A model generated the notes under the pieces. That model saw nothing but the letters and a program-made list of their open reading frames with translations. It had not been told where the DNA came from and did no database searches. DNA of 63,963 nt, counting the filler, from Octopus bimaculoides (Eukaryota), in assembly GCF_001194135.2 (NCBI RefSeq). It is 12 parts of 9 records of this genome, joined end to end, with 100 filler letters (N's around TTAATTAATTAA, not from the genome) between each part and the next. Parts side by side here need not be neighbours in the genome. Positions count along the whole stretch, not along the records: positions 48,339 to 54,501 come from NC_068988.1; positions 54,602 to 56,589 come from NC_068982.1; positions 56,690 to 61,280 come from NC_068987.1; positions 61,381 to 62,805 come from NC_068991.1; positions 62,906 to 63,963 come from NW_026423084.1; 7 more parts are not named here. The stretch is one strand, 5' to 3'. Shown here piece after piece: positions 52,535 to 63,963 of this stretch (positions are counted from its first letter, which is position 1; each line of letters opens with the position of its first letter). A program made the position numbers and the translations under genes.

Positions 52535-53075
52535 TTCTCCTATAGGCACAAGGCCTGAAATTTGTGGGGAGCGGGTAAGTTGATCAAATCGATCTCAGTG
52601 TTTCATAATTTATTGACCACGAAAGGATTAAAAGCAAAGTCGACCTCGGAGGAATTTGAACTCAGAACGTAGCGGCAGATGAGATACTGCTAAGCATTTT
52701 GCCCGACGTGCTAACGAATCTGCCAGCTCTCCGCCTTTATAAATTAGGTAATTTTTTGCCTTTCATCCCTCTGGGTCGATAAAGTAAAGTACATTCAAAT
52801 AGTGGGCGCGATATAATTTAATGTGCCACTCCCATCAAAATTTCCGGCTTGTACCTAATTTAGAAACTACTATTTCTCCATCTTTAACGGAATCGGTAGA
52901 ACGTCGGACACAATGCATTGCAGTGCTAGTTGCAGTCCTTTGCGTTCTGAGTTCAAATCCTGCTGAAGTCAACTTTTCCATTCAGCCATTTCTGATAACT
53001 GCTGGATTTGATTCACCATCTGTCATGAAACCATTTGGTAACTGGCAGTCGTGAGATTATTATTATTATTATTAT

Positions 53076-53134
<59 letters not shown>

Positions 53135-53668
53135 AGGCGGCGAGCTGGCAGAATCGTTAGCACGCTGGACGAAATGCTTAGCGGTATTTCGCTCGTCGCT
53201 ACGTTCTGAGTTCAAATTCCACCAAGGTTGGCTTTGCCTTTCATTCTTTAGGGGTCGATAAATCAAGTACCAGTTGAACACTCGTGACGATGTAGTCGAC
53301 TCGTCCCCCCTTCCCCCAAGCTGCCCTTGTGGCAAAAATTTGAAATAATAATAATTAGTAGTAGTAGCAGAACGAAATGCTGGCAGACGAAATACCGCTC
53401 AGCATTTCGTCCGCCGTGCTAACGGTTCTTCCAGCTCACCCGCCTTTATACTATTATTACTACTACTATTATTAATAATAATAATAACGATCCTTTCTAC
53501 TATAGGCACAAGTGCGTCTGCAGTGCGTAACTGGTACTTAGTTTATCGACCCTGAAAGAATGAAAGATAAAGTCGACCCCGGCGGCATTTGATCTCAGAG
53601 CATGAAGTCAGACGAAATACCGCTAACCATTTTGCCCGGCGTGCTAACGATTCTGCCAGCTCACCGCC

Positions 53669-53728
<60 letters not shown>

Positions 53729-53890
53729 ATAATAATAATAACGGTTTCAAATTTTTGCCACAAAGGCAGTTTGGGAGAGGTAGGGAAGAGTCGATCACAT
53801 CGACCCCAGTGTTTCACTGGTACTTATTTTATCGACCCCGAAAGGATGAAAGGCAAAGTCGACCTCGGCGGAATTTGAACTCAGAACGTA
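52535..53890. mobile_element. Cluster of about seven family B SINE copies or fragments in mixed orientation
   Basis: Minus at 52535-52740, 53370-53450, 53490-53670, 53740-53890; plus at 52755-52870, 52920-52990, 53133-53345; separated by (ATT)/(AGT)/(AGC) tracts. Confidence 0.85.
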
Positions 53891-54059
53891 AACAACCGCA
53901 AATAAAAACCGCAAGTCATTTTGACAAATGCTTTAACGATACTGTCAATCATTCTCTCGCATCTCTCACACCGTATTATAATATAACTAAACGGTTATAT
54001 TTATTTACGCCGACGTTACTCCCTTGATTCGAAAAGAAAATAACAAAGAACACGTTTTT

Positions 54060-54158
54060 TTATATGATTTTACTTATGTCTAATGAGTCCTCAATACCCT
54101 CCAAGAATTTCATTTTTACCCCTCTTGGGGGTATTTTACCCCGGTTCGCCGACCGCTG
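54060..54158 (-). mobile_element. hAT/Charlie-like terminal fragment
   Basis: Minus strand begins cagcggtcggcgaaccggggtaaaatacccccaagaggggtaaa, resembling a CAGTGGT-type hAT end with ggggta repeats. Confidence 0.45.
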
Positions 54159-54189
54159 GTTAAATCGAGCATATCGACTCCAGTAATTA

Positions 54190-54400
54190 TTCCGTTTTTG
54201 TTTTGTTTTTTAAAGTATGGTGCTTTCCTATCGGTCTCTTTAGCCAAATCGCTAATGAATGGGAGACATAAACAAACCAACATCGGTTATCAAGCGGCGG
54301 AGGTGGGGGGGGGGGAAACAAACACACATATATATACGATGGGCTTCCACACAGTTTCCGTCTACCAAATTCACTCACAAGCGGTGGGGAGGACACACAC
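54190..54400 (-). mobile_element. SINE family A fragment
   Basis: ctatcggtctctttagccaaatcgcta...aacatcggttatcaagc...acgatgggcttccacacagtttccgtctaccaaattcactcacaag. Confidence 0.75.
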
Positions 54401-54631
54401 ACACTCACGCGCGCACACACGCACGCACACACACACACATACACATTTACTTCCACATAGTTTCTGTCTAGCAAATTTATTCACAAGGTATTGGTCGGCC
54501 CNNNNNNNNNNNNNNNNNNNNNNNNNNNNNNNNNNNNNNNNNNNNTTAATTAATTAANNNNNNNNNNNNNNNNNNNNNNNNNNNNNNNNNNNNNNNNNNN
54601 NATATATATAGGGAGAGAGAGAGAGAGAGAA

Positions 54632-54683
<52 letters not shown>

Positions 54684-55141
54684 AACACTCACATACACAT
54701 ATATATATATGCATGTATGAATGCATTTATATATGTCTATATAAATACATCTATGTATGTGTGTATATATATATATGTGTGTATGCATGCGTTCGGGTAT
54801 GTATGCACCTATGTATGTATGTATGTATGTATGCATGTATGTATGTATGCATGCATGTATGTATGTATGTATGTATGTATGTATGTATGTATATGTATGC
54901 ATGTATGTATGTATCTGTATGTATGTATGTATGTATGTATGTATCATGTACGCATGTCCAAAATGTATGAAACAAAATACTTTCGAATATTGGAACGAGG
55001 GAACATCATTAACGAAAAAATAACCCAAATAAACGAATAGACAAAAAAAGCAACGAACATAAAATAAAAGCAACTCAGCGATCCATAAGGTAGCAATTGT
55101 AATACGGTATATAAGAGTGATCTCCCCTTCGTGTTAATAGC

Positions 55142-55193
55142 GTTGCCATAGTAACATTGACGTCAGAAACCGAATGATTTATTCAAGCTGTCA
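55142..55193. promoter_or_regulatory. Candidate enhancer: RFX X-box, CRE, PBX-HOX and MEIS/TGIF motifs
   Basis: GTTGCCATAGTAAC (55142-55155), TGACGTCA (55158-55165), TGATTTAT (55175-55182), CTGTCA (55188-55193) in non-repeat sequence. Confidence 0.35.
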
Positions 55194-55252
55194 GCCATGT
55201 TAGGTGTGCCTGACAATGATCTCTTTCTATAGGAAATGTGACTGCTGCTGCT

Positions 55253-55305
55253 CCCGCCGCCGCCACCGCCGCCACCGCCGCCGCCACCGCCGCCGCCGCC
55301 GCCGC
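55253..55305. repeat. (CCG)n microsatellite
   Basis: ccgccgccgccaccgccgccacc... is the only GC-rich SSR in the window. Confidence 0.9.
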
Positions 55306-55472
55306 TTGTTTTGTTCTCTTTATCTTTGTTTTCTCTTAACTGTTGACATTTTAGTTCACATGTTTCATTTTAAATGTGCAACATTGTATGTGGTATTCAC
55401 AAATTAGAAAAGAAGTCACCCTTATAAATAGGCATCTGCCTATTTATCAATGTCTGTCTGCCTGTCGGTTCG

Positions 55473-55549
<77 letters not shown>

Positions 55550-56184
55550 ATATATCTATATATGCCAATAGGTACGTATATATATANNNNNNNNNNNNNN
55601 NNNNNNNNNNNNNNNNNNNNNNNNNNNNNNNNNNNNNNNNNNNNNNNNNNNNNNNNNNNNNNNNNNNNNNNNNNNNNNNNNNNNNNNNNNNNNNNNNNNN
55701 NNNNNNNNNNNNNNNNNNNNNNNNNNNNNNNNNNNNNNNNNNNNNNNNNNNNNNNNNNNNNNNNNNNNNNNNNNNNNNNNNNNNNNNNNNNNNNNNNNNN
55801 NNNNNNNNNNNNNNNNNNNNNNNNNNNNNNNNNNNNNNNNNNNNNNNNNNNNNNNNNNNNNNNNNNNNNNNNNNNNNNNNNNNNNNNNNNNNNNNNNNNN
55901 NNNNNNNNNNNNNNNNNNNNNNNNNNNNNNNNNNNNNNNNNNNNNNNNNNNNNNNNNNNNNNNNNNNNNNNNNNNNNNNNNNNNNNNNNNNNNNNNNNNN
56001 NNNNNNNNNNNNNNNNNNNNNNNNNNNNNNNNNNNNNNNNNNNNNNNNNNNNNNNNNNNNNNNNNNNNNNNNNNNNNNNNNNNNNNNNNNNNNNNNNNNN
56101 NNNNNNNNNNNNNNNNNNNNNNNNNNNNNNNNNNNNNNNNNNNNNNNNNATATATATAAAAATATATATATGTATGTATGTATA

Positions 56185-56525
56185 TATGCTGAGACTCTCT
56201 TCAGTCATGACTGACCATGGGATTGCACCTAGAAAGTTACCCTCCCAGGCACAAGTCCGGGCAAGGTTGTTTATGGAAGACCAGCAGTCACCCATGCATA
56301 ACGGCCTCCCCTCTCCACGCCACCAGTGTTATCCAAGGGAAAGGCAAAGGGGCCGATACAGCTTCGCACCTGTGACGTCGCAACTCATTTCTACAGCTGA
56401 GTGAACTGAAGCAACGTGAAATAAAGTGTCTTGCTCAAGAACACAACACGTAGTTCGGTCCGGGATTCGAACCCACAACCCTACGATCGTAAGCTCAACG
56501 CCTCAACCACTGAGTCATGCGCCTT
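56185..56525 (-). mobile_element. SINE family C, near full length
   Basis: Head (reverse) gaaggcgcatgactcagtggttgaggcgttgagcttacgatcgtaggg...gttcgaatccc, then the CORE-like segment and a long 3' body. Confidence 0.85.
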
Positions 56526-56540
56526 CATAAATATGTATAT

Positions 56541-56589
<49 letters not shown>

Positions 56590-56770
56590 NNNNNNNNNNN
56601 NNNNNNNNNNNNNNNNNNNNNNNNNNNNNNNNNTTAATTAATTAANNNNNNNNNNNNNNNNNNNNNNNNNNNNNNNNNNNNNNNNNNNNCGAAAAGAGAG
56701 AGGCATATATACATACGCATATGTATGAGTGTTTTGGGATTTTCCATTTGCGTATATATATATATGTGCT

Positions 56771-56818
<48 letters not shown>

Positions 56819-57633
56819 CGTGTTTCATCAGTTTGACATAAACCAGTGTATTTTATTACTAAGCATTATACTGTATTATTCATACTTCCGTTTGCAAAAT
56901 AGTATGGAAGTTCAAAACCAGGAATGGCTTTCAGTTGAATATCTCGCGCCTTCCCACACACATGATGATAAACTGGTACTCAATCCCATACAGATATACG
57001 CGTCCATAGTTTTATGATGACGTTAATTCATTATGGTTAATGTGTGCCTCATGTTATGCGTTCGGTTTGGCTGAGAATTTGGTCTGAGTAAAAATGAAGC
57101 CATGCTTTGCATGAGTCTCCGAGGGTGGTGAGTATCAGCTATTTTATTTAAACTAGCTCTTATGCCTTCACTGTGTACACTTGTTTTCCGTATTCCAAGA
57201 GGGTACATTTTTACGTTCCAAACAGCCGACAGCTGACGAAGGGTCGTTCTTTATGTTACTTGTATTGTTTTCCATTTGTTTCTTTACTTGTTTTCCATTT
57301 GTTTCTTTACTTGTTTGCAAAAAAATTTGTGTTCCATGTTTTCGTATTTCATGTTGTTTACGTGTTATGACGTCCTGTACACATATATGCATATGTATAT
57401 ACATATATATGTAAGTTTGTATATATATGTATGTATATATGCATATATATTATTTATATTATATTATATATATTTATATGCATATATCTTTTAAATTTAT
57501 TTATGAGAGTCATTTAAAATATGCTAATACGGCTCCTATTCCATTATGCTGGCCTCCCTCTAATGATGCTGACCAGTGAGCCAGATTTTCAGGGTTGCAT
57601 CAAGTTGTGCCGATCAAGTTGTAGGAGAAATAC

Positions 57634-57683
<50 letters not shown>

Positions 57684-57689
<6 letters not shown>

Positions 57690-58210
57690 TAAATGCCCTG
57701 AAACAGTACCATGCGGTGGCTCTCCTGGTTTCTGATCTTAACTGATTGGAAGCGTTATCATGTAATTGTTTTTTCTTGATATACAATAATTGCTACAGCA
57801 AATATTCTGCTCAACACCATAGATTTGGTTGGCAGTTGTTTGACCATAACCGGTTGAATATGTCCCTTAGTGGCTGACGATGTGTGCATCTCTGATCACG
57901 AGCAGAAATAGTGGAGGAGCATCATAGACATGTATTGAGAGGAGATCTTTGGGGTTTGGATAACTCTCTCTTGGAAACATGGATATTTCGTTCAACATCC
58001 TAAAACAACCCCTATTCAAGGACCTTTTGAGCGGAATGGGCTACTCGACCTAAAGAAAATTCTAATTGGGCCCCACCATGTCGCTCACATATGGTTGTGA
58101 TGCATGTGTCTGGTGTACCCTTATCAGACAGGTAGTCATGATGGGTATACTGGACTTCATATATTTTACTCTAGTGTCACTTTGATGACATACACTGCTC
58201 TCTCACTCAG
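57684..58210 (+). mobile_element. About 530-bp interspersed repeat bounded by (AAT)n on both sides
   Basis: 57795-57940 is homologous to the reverse complement of about 2270-2405; (AAT)n at about 57633-57686 and 58211-58337. Confidence 0.65.
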
Positions 58211-58241
58211 TAATAATAATAATAACAACAACAACAACAAC

Positions 58242-58337
<96 letters not shown>

Positions 58338-58877
58338 NNNNNNNNNNNNNNNNNNNNNNNNNNNNNNNNNNNNNNNNNNNNNNNNNNNNNNNNNNNNNNN
58401 NNNNNNNNNNNNNNNNNNNNNNNNNNNNNNNNNNNNNNNNNNNNNNNNNNNNNNNNNNNNNNNNNNNNNNNNNNNNNNNNNNNNNNNNNNNNNNNNNNNN
58501 NNNNNNNNNNNNNNNNNNNNNNNNNNNNNNNNNNNNNNNNNNNNNNNNNNNNNNNNNNNNNNNNNNNNNNNNNNNNNNNNNNNNNNNNNNNNNNNNNNNN
58601 NNNNNNNNNNNNNNNNNNNNNNNNNNNNNNNNNNNNNNNNNNNNNNNNNNNNNNNNNNNNNNNNNNNNNNNNNNNNNNNNNNNNNNNNNNNNNNNNNNNN
58701 NNNNNNNNNNNNNNNNNNNNNNNNNNNNNNNNNNNNNNNNNNNNNNNNNNNNNNNNNNNNNNNNNNNNNNNNNNNNNNNNNNNNNNNNNNNNNNNNNNNN
58801 NNNNNNNNNNNNNNNNNNNNNNNNNNNNNNNNNNNNNNNNTGTTATTATTATACATACATACATAAATACATACATA

Positions 58878-58922
<45 letters not shown>

Positions 58923-58954
58923 GTGGGTATGTATGTATTTATGTATAATGATAA

Positions 58955-59135
58955 AAACGATACAGCTTGGCACCTGTAACGTCGCAATTCATTTCTACAG
59001 CTGAGTGAACTGGAGCAACGTGAAATAAAGTGTCTTGCTCAAGAACACAATACGCAGCCCGGTCCGGGATTCGAACTCACAACCTTATGATTGTAAAGCT
59101 CGACGCTCTAATCACTGAGCCATGCGCCTTCACAA
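58955..59135 (-). mobile_element. SINE family C, 5' part
   Basis: Near-identical to 56360-56525. Confidence 0.85.
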
Positions 59136-60049
59136 ACTAATATACAGATAGGTTAAATGTCATACAGCATACATTTAACATACAGGTATGTTAAATACCA
59201 TAGATCTAAATCCTTTCTTTATTAACATGATTTCTACGTCTAAACGATGTTATGGTAACTAAGTAACAATTAAGACTAGAAGGGAAGGTAATCTAAAAAA
59301 ATCAGAGCGTCTCTAGATCTGACATGCCATTAATCCAAAAGGTTGGTTTATTTTCTTGAACCCGTGTTTCTTCAACTATACGCGTCATCAACACAACAAA
59401 CGGCCTAAACTATCTCCAGAAACCAAAGTGAGTTAGACATATAGAAAAGAGAGTAGAGGATATTGATGGCCAAGTTGTACACGTAGACAGAGAGACAAAC
59501 ACACGCACAAACACGCGCATGCAGCCCCCCCCCCCCCACACCGAACATATATTGTGGATTATCCATTTTATTAGACGCTAAACATTCAGTTTGACCTTCT
59601 TGATTTCTACCCGTGCGATTAGCATTTCGTGGGTAGGGTATTTCACCGACATGCGAACCAACAACGTTCAATCTTAAGCAGAATGACGTTATAGGACAAT
59701 GCTTTGGATTAGCAGGAAAAGAAACACATGAGTGAGGGACAGAGTGAGGTTCATCTCACCCTTACTTTCAGTACTGGTACTTTAGCCGAAGCCGAAATGA
59801 TGACTGACACAAATTTGAACACCATAACCAGCGAACTGGAATACAATCTCCATAATACGTATATATACATGTTTGTGTGTGTGTGTGTGTGTCTGTGTGT
59901 TCCTGCGCATGTATGTGTGTGTATGTATATATATAGGTAAACTGTCGCCATTTTATATTTTTTATTTCGCGCATGCGAAGTGTTCATTTTTTTTTTATTT
60001 TATTTTGTCGACTACACAGTATAATAGAGTTAGATGGGCACCGTCTGTG

Positions 60050-60825
60050 AGTAAAACAGCACTATGATGCACTTCACTCTGTCTGAAATTTGGAAACGAC
60101 ATGTTGTACTGCTTGGCATTCGCGCTGGAAGCTCCAGTACGAACATTGCAGTGTTTGGGTGTCAACACAGAACAGCCGCTGGCTTGCCGTGTCCCCAGAA
60201 CATGTACCGGGAGTGATAAAAATCAAACATCCAGTCAACATCATGGTGTTTGGAGTGATCACTAGTGATGATGACGTTATACCTCCATTTATCTTCCCAC
60301 ACGGCGTTAGACTCAACACAGAGAGGCCTACCTCAAGTGCCTGGAGGATGTAGTGCTGCCTTACGTCAGCATGGTGGCTGCTGGAAGACATCATGTCTAG
60401 CAACAGGATTCTTCTGCACCAGGAGAACCCAGTCGTGGCTGTCAGAAAATTTCTGCGACCATATCACACCTAACATCTGCCCACCTAACTCCCCACACTG
60501 CAAACCCCTTGATTATTGTGTGTGGGTACAGTTGAGCGAGAAAACAACAAAACTCCTTGTAACACCAAAGATGAACTGAAGGTAAGGTTTATGGCAGTAT
60601 TCACCAATTGAAACAAGGATATCGTCCAGAAGAGTTTCAGGGGATTTCCGAAGTCGTCTGGAAGCCGTGATTGAGCTAATGGCGAATATTATTGAATAAA
60701 TTTAATCTTTAGTATTTCAAGATATTATTAGATAATTTTGGTAAATATATCTGTTAAAATGGGATGTCAGTGTTATTTTCATTTTTGCGTAATTTAGACG
60801 ACAATTTATTCACCGCACCCTCTAT
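60050..60825 (+). mobile_element. Internally deleted Tc1/mariner transposon
   Basis: KHPVNIMVFGVITSD.DVIPPFIFPHG, QQDS, SWLSENFCDHITPNICPPNSPHCKPLDYCVW (decayed WPPNSPDCNPLDY); terminus ttcaccgcaccctctata. Confidence 0.88.
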
Positions 60826-61023
60826 AAAACAACATACATATATTTAATGGCAATCAAAATTCAATATGGCTTCAAATATGATTTCAACATGTTGTGCGAT
60901 GCGAGGAAATGTGGACGCTTTTCGTTTCCATAAAATATCGCTAATACACGAGCATATTCACATGAATACATATACACAGAACCAGACGCAAACCTACACA
61001 CAGACACACGTGCGTGCACACAT

Positions 61024-61062
<39 letters not shown>

Positions 61063-61192
61063 TATATATATATATTCCGTGCATGTTGAAGGAACACGTA
61101 AGCGTAGAGTTTTCACAAAATATCACTTGTATACGAACAGATATATATTTTCCAATATACATAAGTAGATACGTACATACATGGATACATTC

Positions 61193-61223
<31 letters not shown>

Positions 61224-61227
61224 ACAT

Positions 61228-61280
<53 letters not shown>

Positions 61281-61380
61281 NNNNNNNNNNNNNNNNNNNN
61301 NNNNNNNNNNNNNNNNNNNNNNNNTTAATTAATTAANNNNNNNNNNNNNNNNNNNNNNNNNNNNNNNNNNNNNNNNNNNN

Positions 61381-61448
<68 letters not shown>

Positions 61449-61449
61449 T

Positions 61450-61560
<111 letters not shown>

Positions 61561-61574
61561 TGATATTGTTATTA

Positions 61575-61775
61575 TCATTGCTGCTGGTAGAATCATGAGC
61601 AGACCAGGCAAAATGCTTAGTGGCATTTTGTCTGTTTTTACATTCTGAGTTCAAATTCCACCAATGTTGGCTTTACCTATCATCCTTTCGGATAAGATAA
61701 AATAAATACCAGTTGAATATTGGGGTAGCCCCCTCCCCCAAAATTTCAGGCCTTGTGCCTATAGTAGAAAGGATT
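61575..61775 (+). mobile_element. SINE family B
   Basis: gctggtagaatcatgagcagaccaggcaaaatgcttag...ttctgagttcaaattccacc...cctttcggataagataaaataaataccag. Confidence 0.8.
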
Positions 61776-62319
61776 ATCATTATTATAGTGATCATAATAG
61801 TTATAGCAATATAATACAATAACAGAATATCATACAATAACAGATTAACTGTATAGAATTTAGAAGGGAATTGTACATATAAGAAATAGTTTATGTAAAA
61901 GATTTTCAAAATAGATAAAGTATTGCTGTAATTATTGGCAATTGACAGAAGGGGCTGTCAGATTCATAACAACTTTACTATTTGCTCATCTACAATGAAT
62001 GGAAAAATATAGAATAAATAAAAAAAAATCCAGGGGCTTTTCCCCTATTTTTTTGCCTTTTTATTTATTTTTAATGTTTTTTTTTTTTTTTTTTTTTTTT
62101 GCATAGTGAAACTATGAATTTCCACATTGATATTGTTTAAATATTTGAATTTAAAGAAATTGTAATTTATTTGTAAATCACACTATTAAGCTTGTTTTGC
62201 ATCCAGAATGTGTCTTTTCACCAGATGCCAGATCAGTGTGGGATGCCAGATCAATATGGGTGCAGATCAGTACTCTACCATCACCATTTCAATGACTTAC
62301 TGGTACTCCATTGAGAGAT

Positions 62320-62660
62320 GGGATGGATAAACAGTTGTTAACCCTAGCAGGATTTGAACTCAAAACATAGAGGTATGGAACCAAATTACATTTAGCCAAG
62401 CATACTGCAGTTTCTCTCCTTATATTTCCTCTTTTTATTTAAAATAATTCTAATATAGGCCTAGAGTCATATATTTGAAGAGGATGACACTTTTGATTAT
62501 ATTAACCCCAGTACACGACTGGTACTAATTTTATTTCCCCCACCACCACCAATCCCAAGGACAAAAAGTAAAATCAACTCCAGCAGGGTTTGAACTCAGT
62601 CATAAATGGATGAAACTAAATAACACAAGGTGTTTTTTCCTGATGATCTACCAATTCTAC
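62320..62660 (-). mobile_element. Two old family B SINE fragments
   Basis: caggatttgaactcaaaac (about 62348) and cagggtttgaactcagtc (about 62584). Confidence 0.5.
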
Positions 62661-63232
62661 AAAGTCTCTAAACATTTAAACTATTAAAACAGTTAAAAAA
62701 ATAAACTAACCAAATTTTTTTTATAACAAGATGCATAGATTGAATATTAAACACATTATTACTATTTACTGTCATTATTGTTTATATATATATATATATA
62801 TATATNNNNNNNNNNNNNNNNNNNNNNNNNNNNNNNNNNNNNNNNNNNNTTAATTAATTAANNNNNNNNNNNNNNNNNNNNNNNNNNNNNNNNNNNNNNN
62901 NNNNNAGGTGTGAGAGTTTTCTTGTTGCTTTTGCTATTATTGGATTTAATCCTTTACCTTTGGCAATATAAAGGTCAAAGGTACAAAAATCCAGTATTTA
63001 AGCCCTTAATAATTGTGTGTGTGTGTGTGTACTACTCCAAAGTTCTGACTGTACACCATAAATACTTTAGTATCACCATAACCATCATCATCACTGTCAT
63101 TATCATCATCATTGTCATCATCATCATCGTTGTCATCATGTCATCATCATCATCATCATCATCAACGTCATCATTTTTAACCTATTTTATATATTCTACT
63201 CTGGTTAATTTTACTGAATTGTTCTGTTTAAG

Positions 63233-63323
63233 GCAATCGTTCAAAATCATGGTCTTCGAGAAATGTATTATGGTCTATGCACCTGGAATTACTGTAATGA
63301 GACAATTGTCAAATTGATGAAAA
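63233..63323 (+). CDS. Candidate coding exon (phase 0-1), unknown protein
   Basis: Acceptor ttgttctgtttaag|, donor AAA|gtaagc, open frame AIVQNHGLREMYYGLCTWNYCNETIVKLMK. Confidence 0.45.
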
Positions 63324-63415
63324 GTAAGCTGTTTGCCTTTGGACTATTTTTATGTTTTTCATGTTTTGCTTGTTTTATTTTCCTTTTAAACACATTACGA
63401 AAATTCTATTGTTTG

Positions 63416-63452
<37 letters not shown>

Positions 63453-63872
63453 CACACATGCACACACACATACACACATGCACTCACACACTCACACATA
63501 CATGAAAGAATAAGGACTAATGAGATTAATGTGCTCAACTATCAAAGATCAATTTCAGGAGTTCAAATCTTATTAATGCCATTCAGTCCCCAGGAAAGAC
63601 ACATTATTCTATGCTTAGAGGTTCAATTCACAGTTGTGTAGTCAGTAATGAGAAAGGCAAACAGGTGCAAAATCAATATCTGTAATCAATCAATAAATCA
63701 TTATTTGAAAGTTTCAACAACTTTTCCAATTAATGTCAACGTATGAAAGTGGATATAAAAGTAATATTTTCTAAAATGGCTAAAGCAGTAAAGTTTACTC
63801 TGAGATTAAGATTTTGCATAAATAATTTAAGGGTTCATTTATGAAAAATACTTATTGGAATTTCATTTTTAG

Positions 63873-63963
63873 ATGAAGAAAGGAAAAATCTAGGGGCAAT
63901 TCTTTGAGACTCTTAAAGAAAAAAGAGAAGAAATTTTAAGGCAATGGAATTAATTTCTCAAAG
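63873..63963 (+). pseudogene. Candidate next exon, apparently frameshifted
   Basis: Acceptor tttcatttttag|, phase-1 compatible. EERKNLG then, with one extra G, QFFETLKEKREEILRQWN*FLK; runs off the window. Confidence 0.35.

Noticed and set aside
57225-57260. CTGACGAAGGG as a further hammerhead core
   Set aside because: No stem II closure or GAAA within the next 150 nt. It belongs to a repeat also seen at about 6150, 44585 and 48070, but the ribozyme cannot be built.
59768-59840. Signal-peptide-like first exon MVFKFVSVIISASAKVPVLK with donor AAA|gtaagg (minus strand)
   Set aside because: Short, its phase does not match the next candidate exons, and the opposite strand gives an equally plausible exon.

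Overview
AT-rich eukaryotic draft-assembly DNA with very dense microsatellites ((TA)n, (CA)n, (TATC)n, (TACA)n, (AAT)n), many N gaps and 11 artificial TTAATTAATTAA gap pads. The repeat families and assembly style look like a coleoid cephalopod, most likely Octopus; this is inferred from recognising the repeats, not from a search. No complete host gene is visible. Most ORFs in the track are microsatellite or N-run artefacts. The identifiable content is mobile DNA. It includes several tRNA-derived SINE families, Penelope-like element (PLE) remnants (one RT and two GIY-YIG domains), and R4/Dong-type RLE non-LTR retrotransposon pieces, two of them sitting in (AAT)n. There are also an L1/Tx1 5' half, a CR1/L2-type RT remnant, a Gypsy gag remnant with a probable LTR, several Tc1/mariner remnants and a mariner MITE. 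A few isolated splice-flanked candidate exons occur: minus strand at 41.4, 37.1, 30.8 and 21.3 kb, plus strand at 63.2-63.96 kb. The most interesting signal is a set of minimal type-I hammerhead ribozyme (HHR) motifs at 4.45, 24.76, 27.9 and 49.95 kb, plus a broken copy at 26.2 kb. One lies inside a perfect 24-bp inverted repeat. Another appears to be the tail of a composite tRNA-head/(AAT)n/hammerhead SINE-like element. SINE boundaries are approximate (about +/-20 bp).
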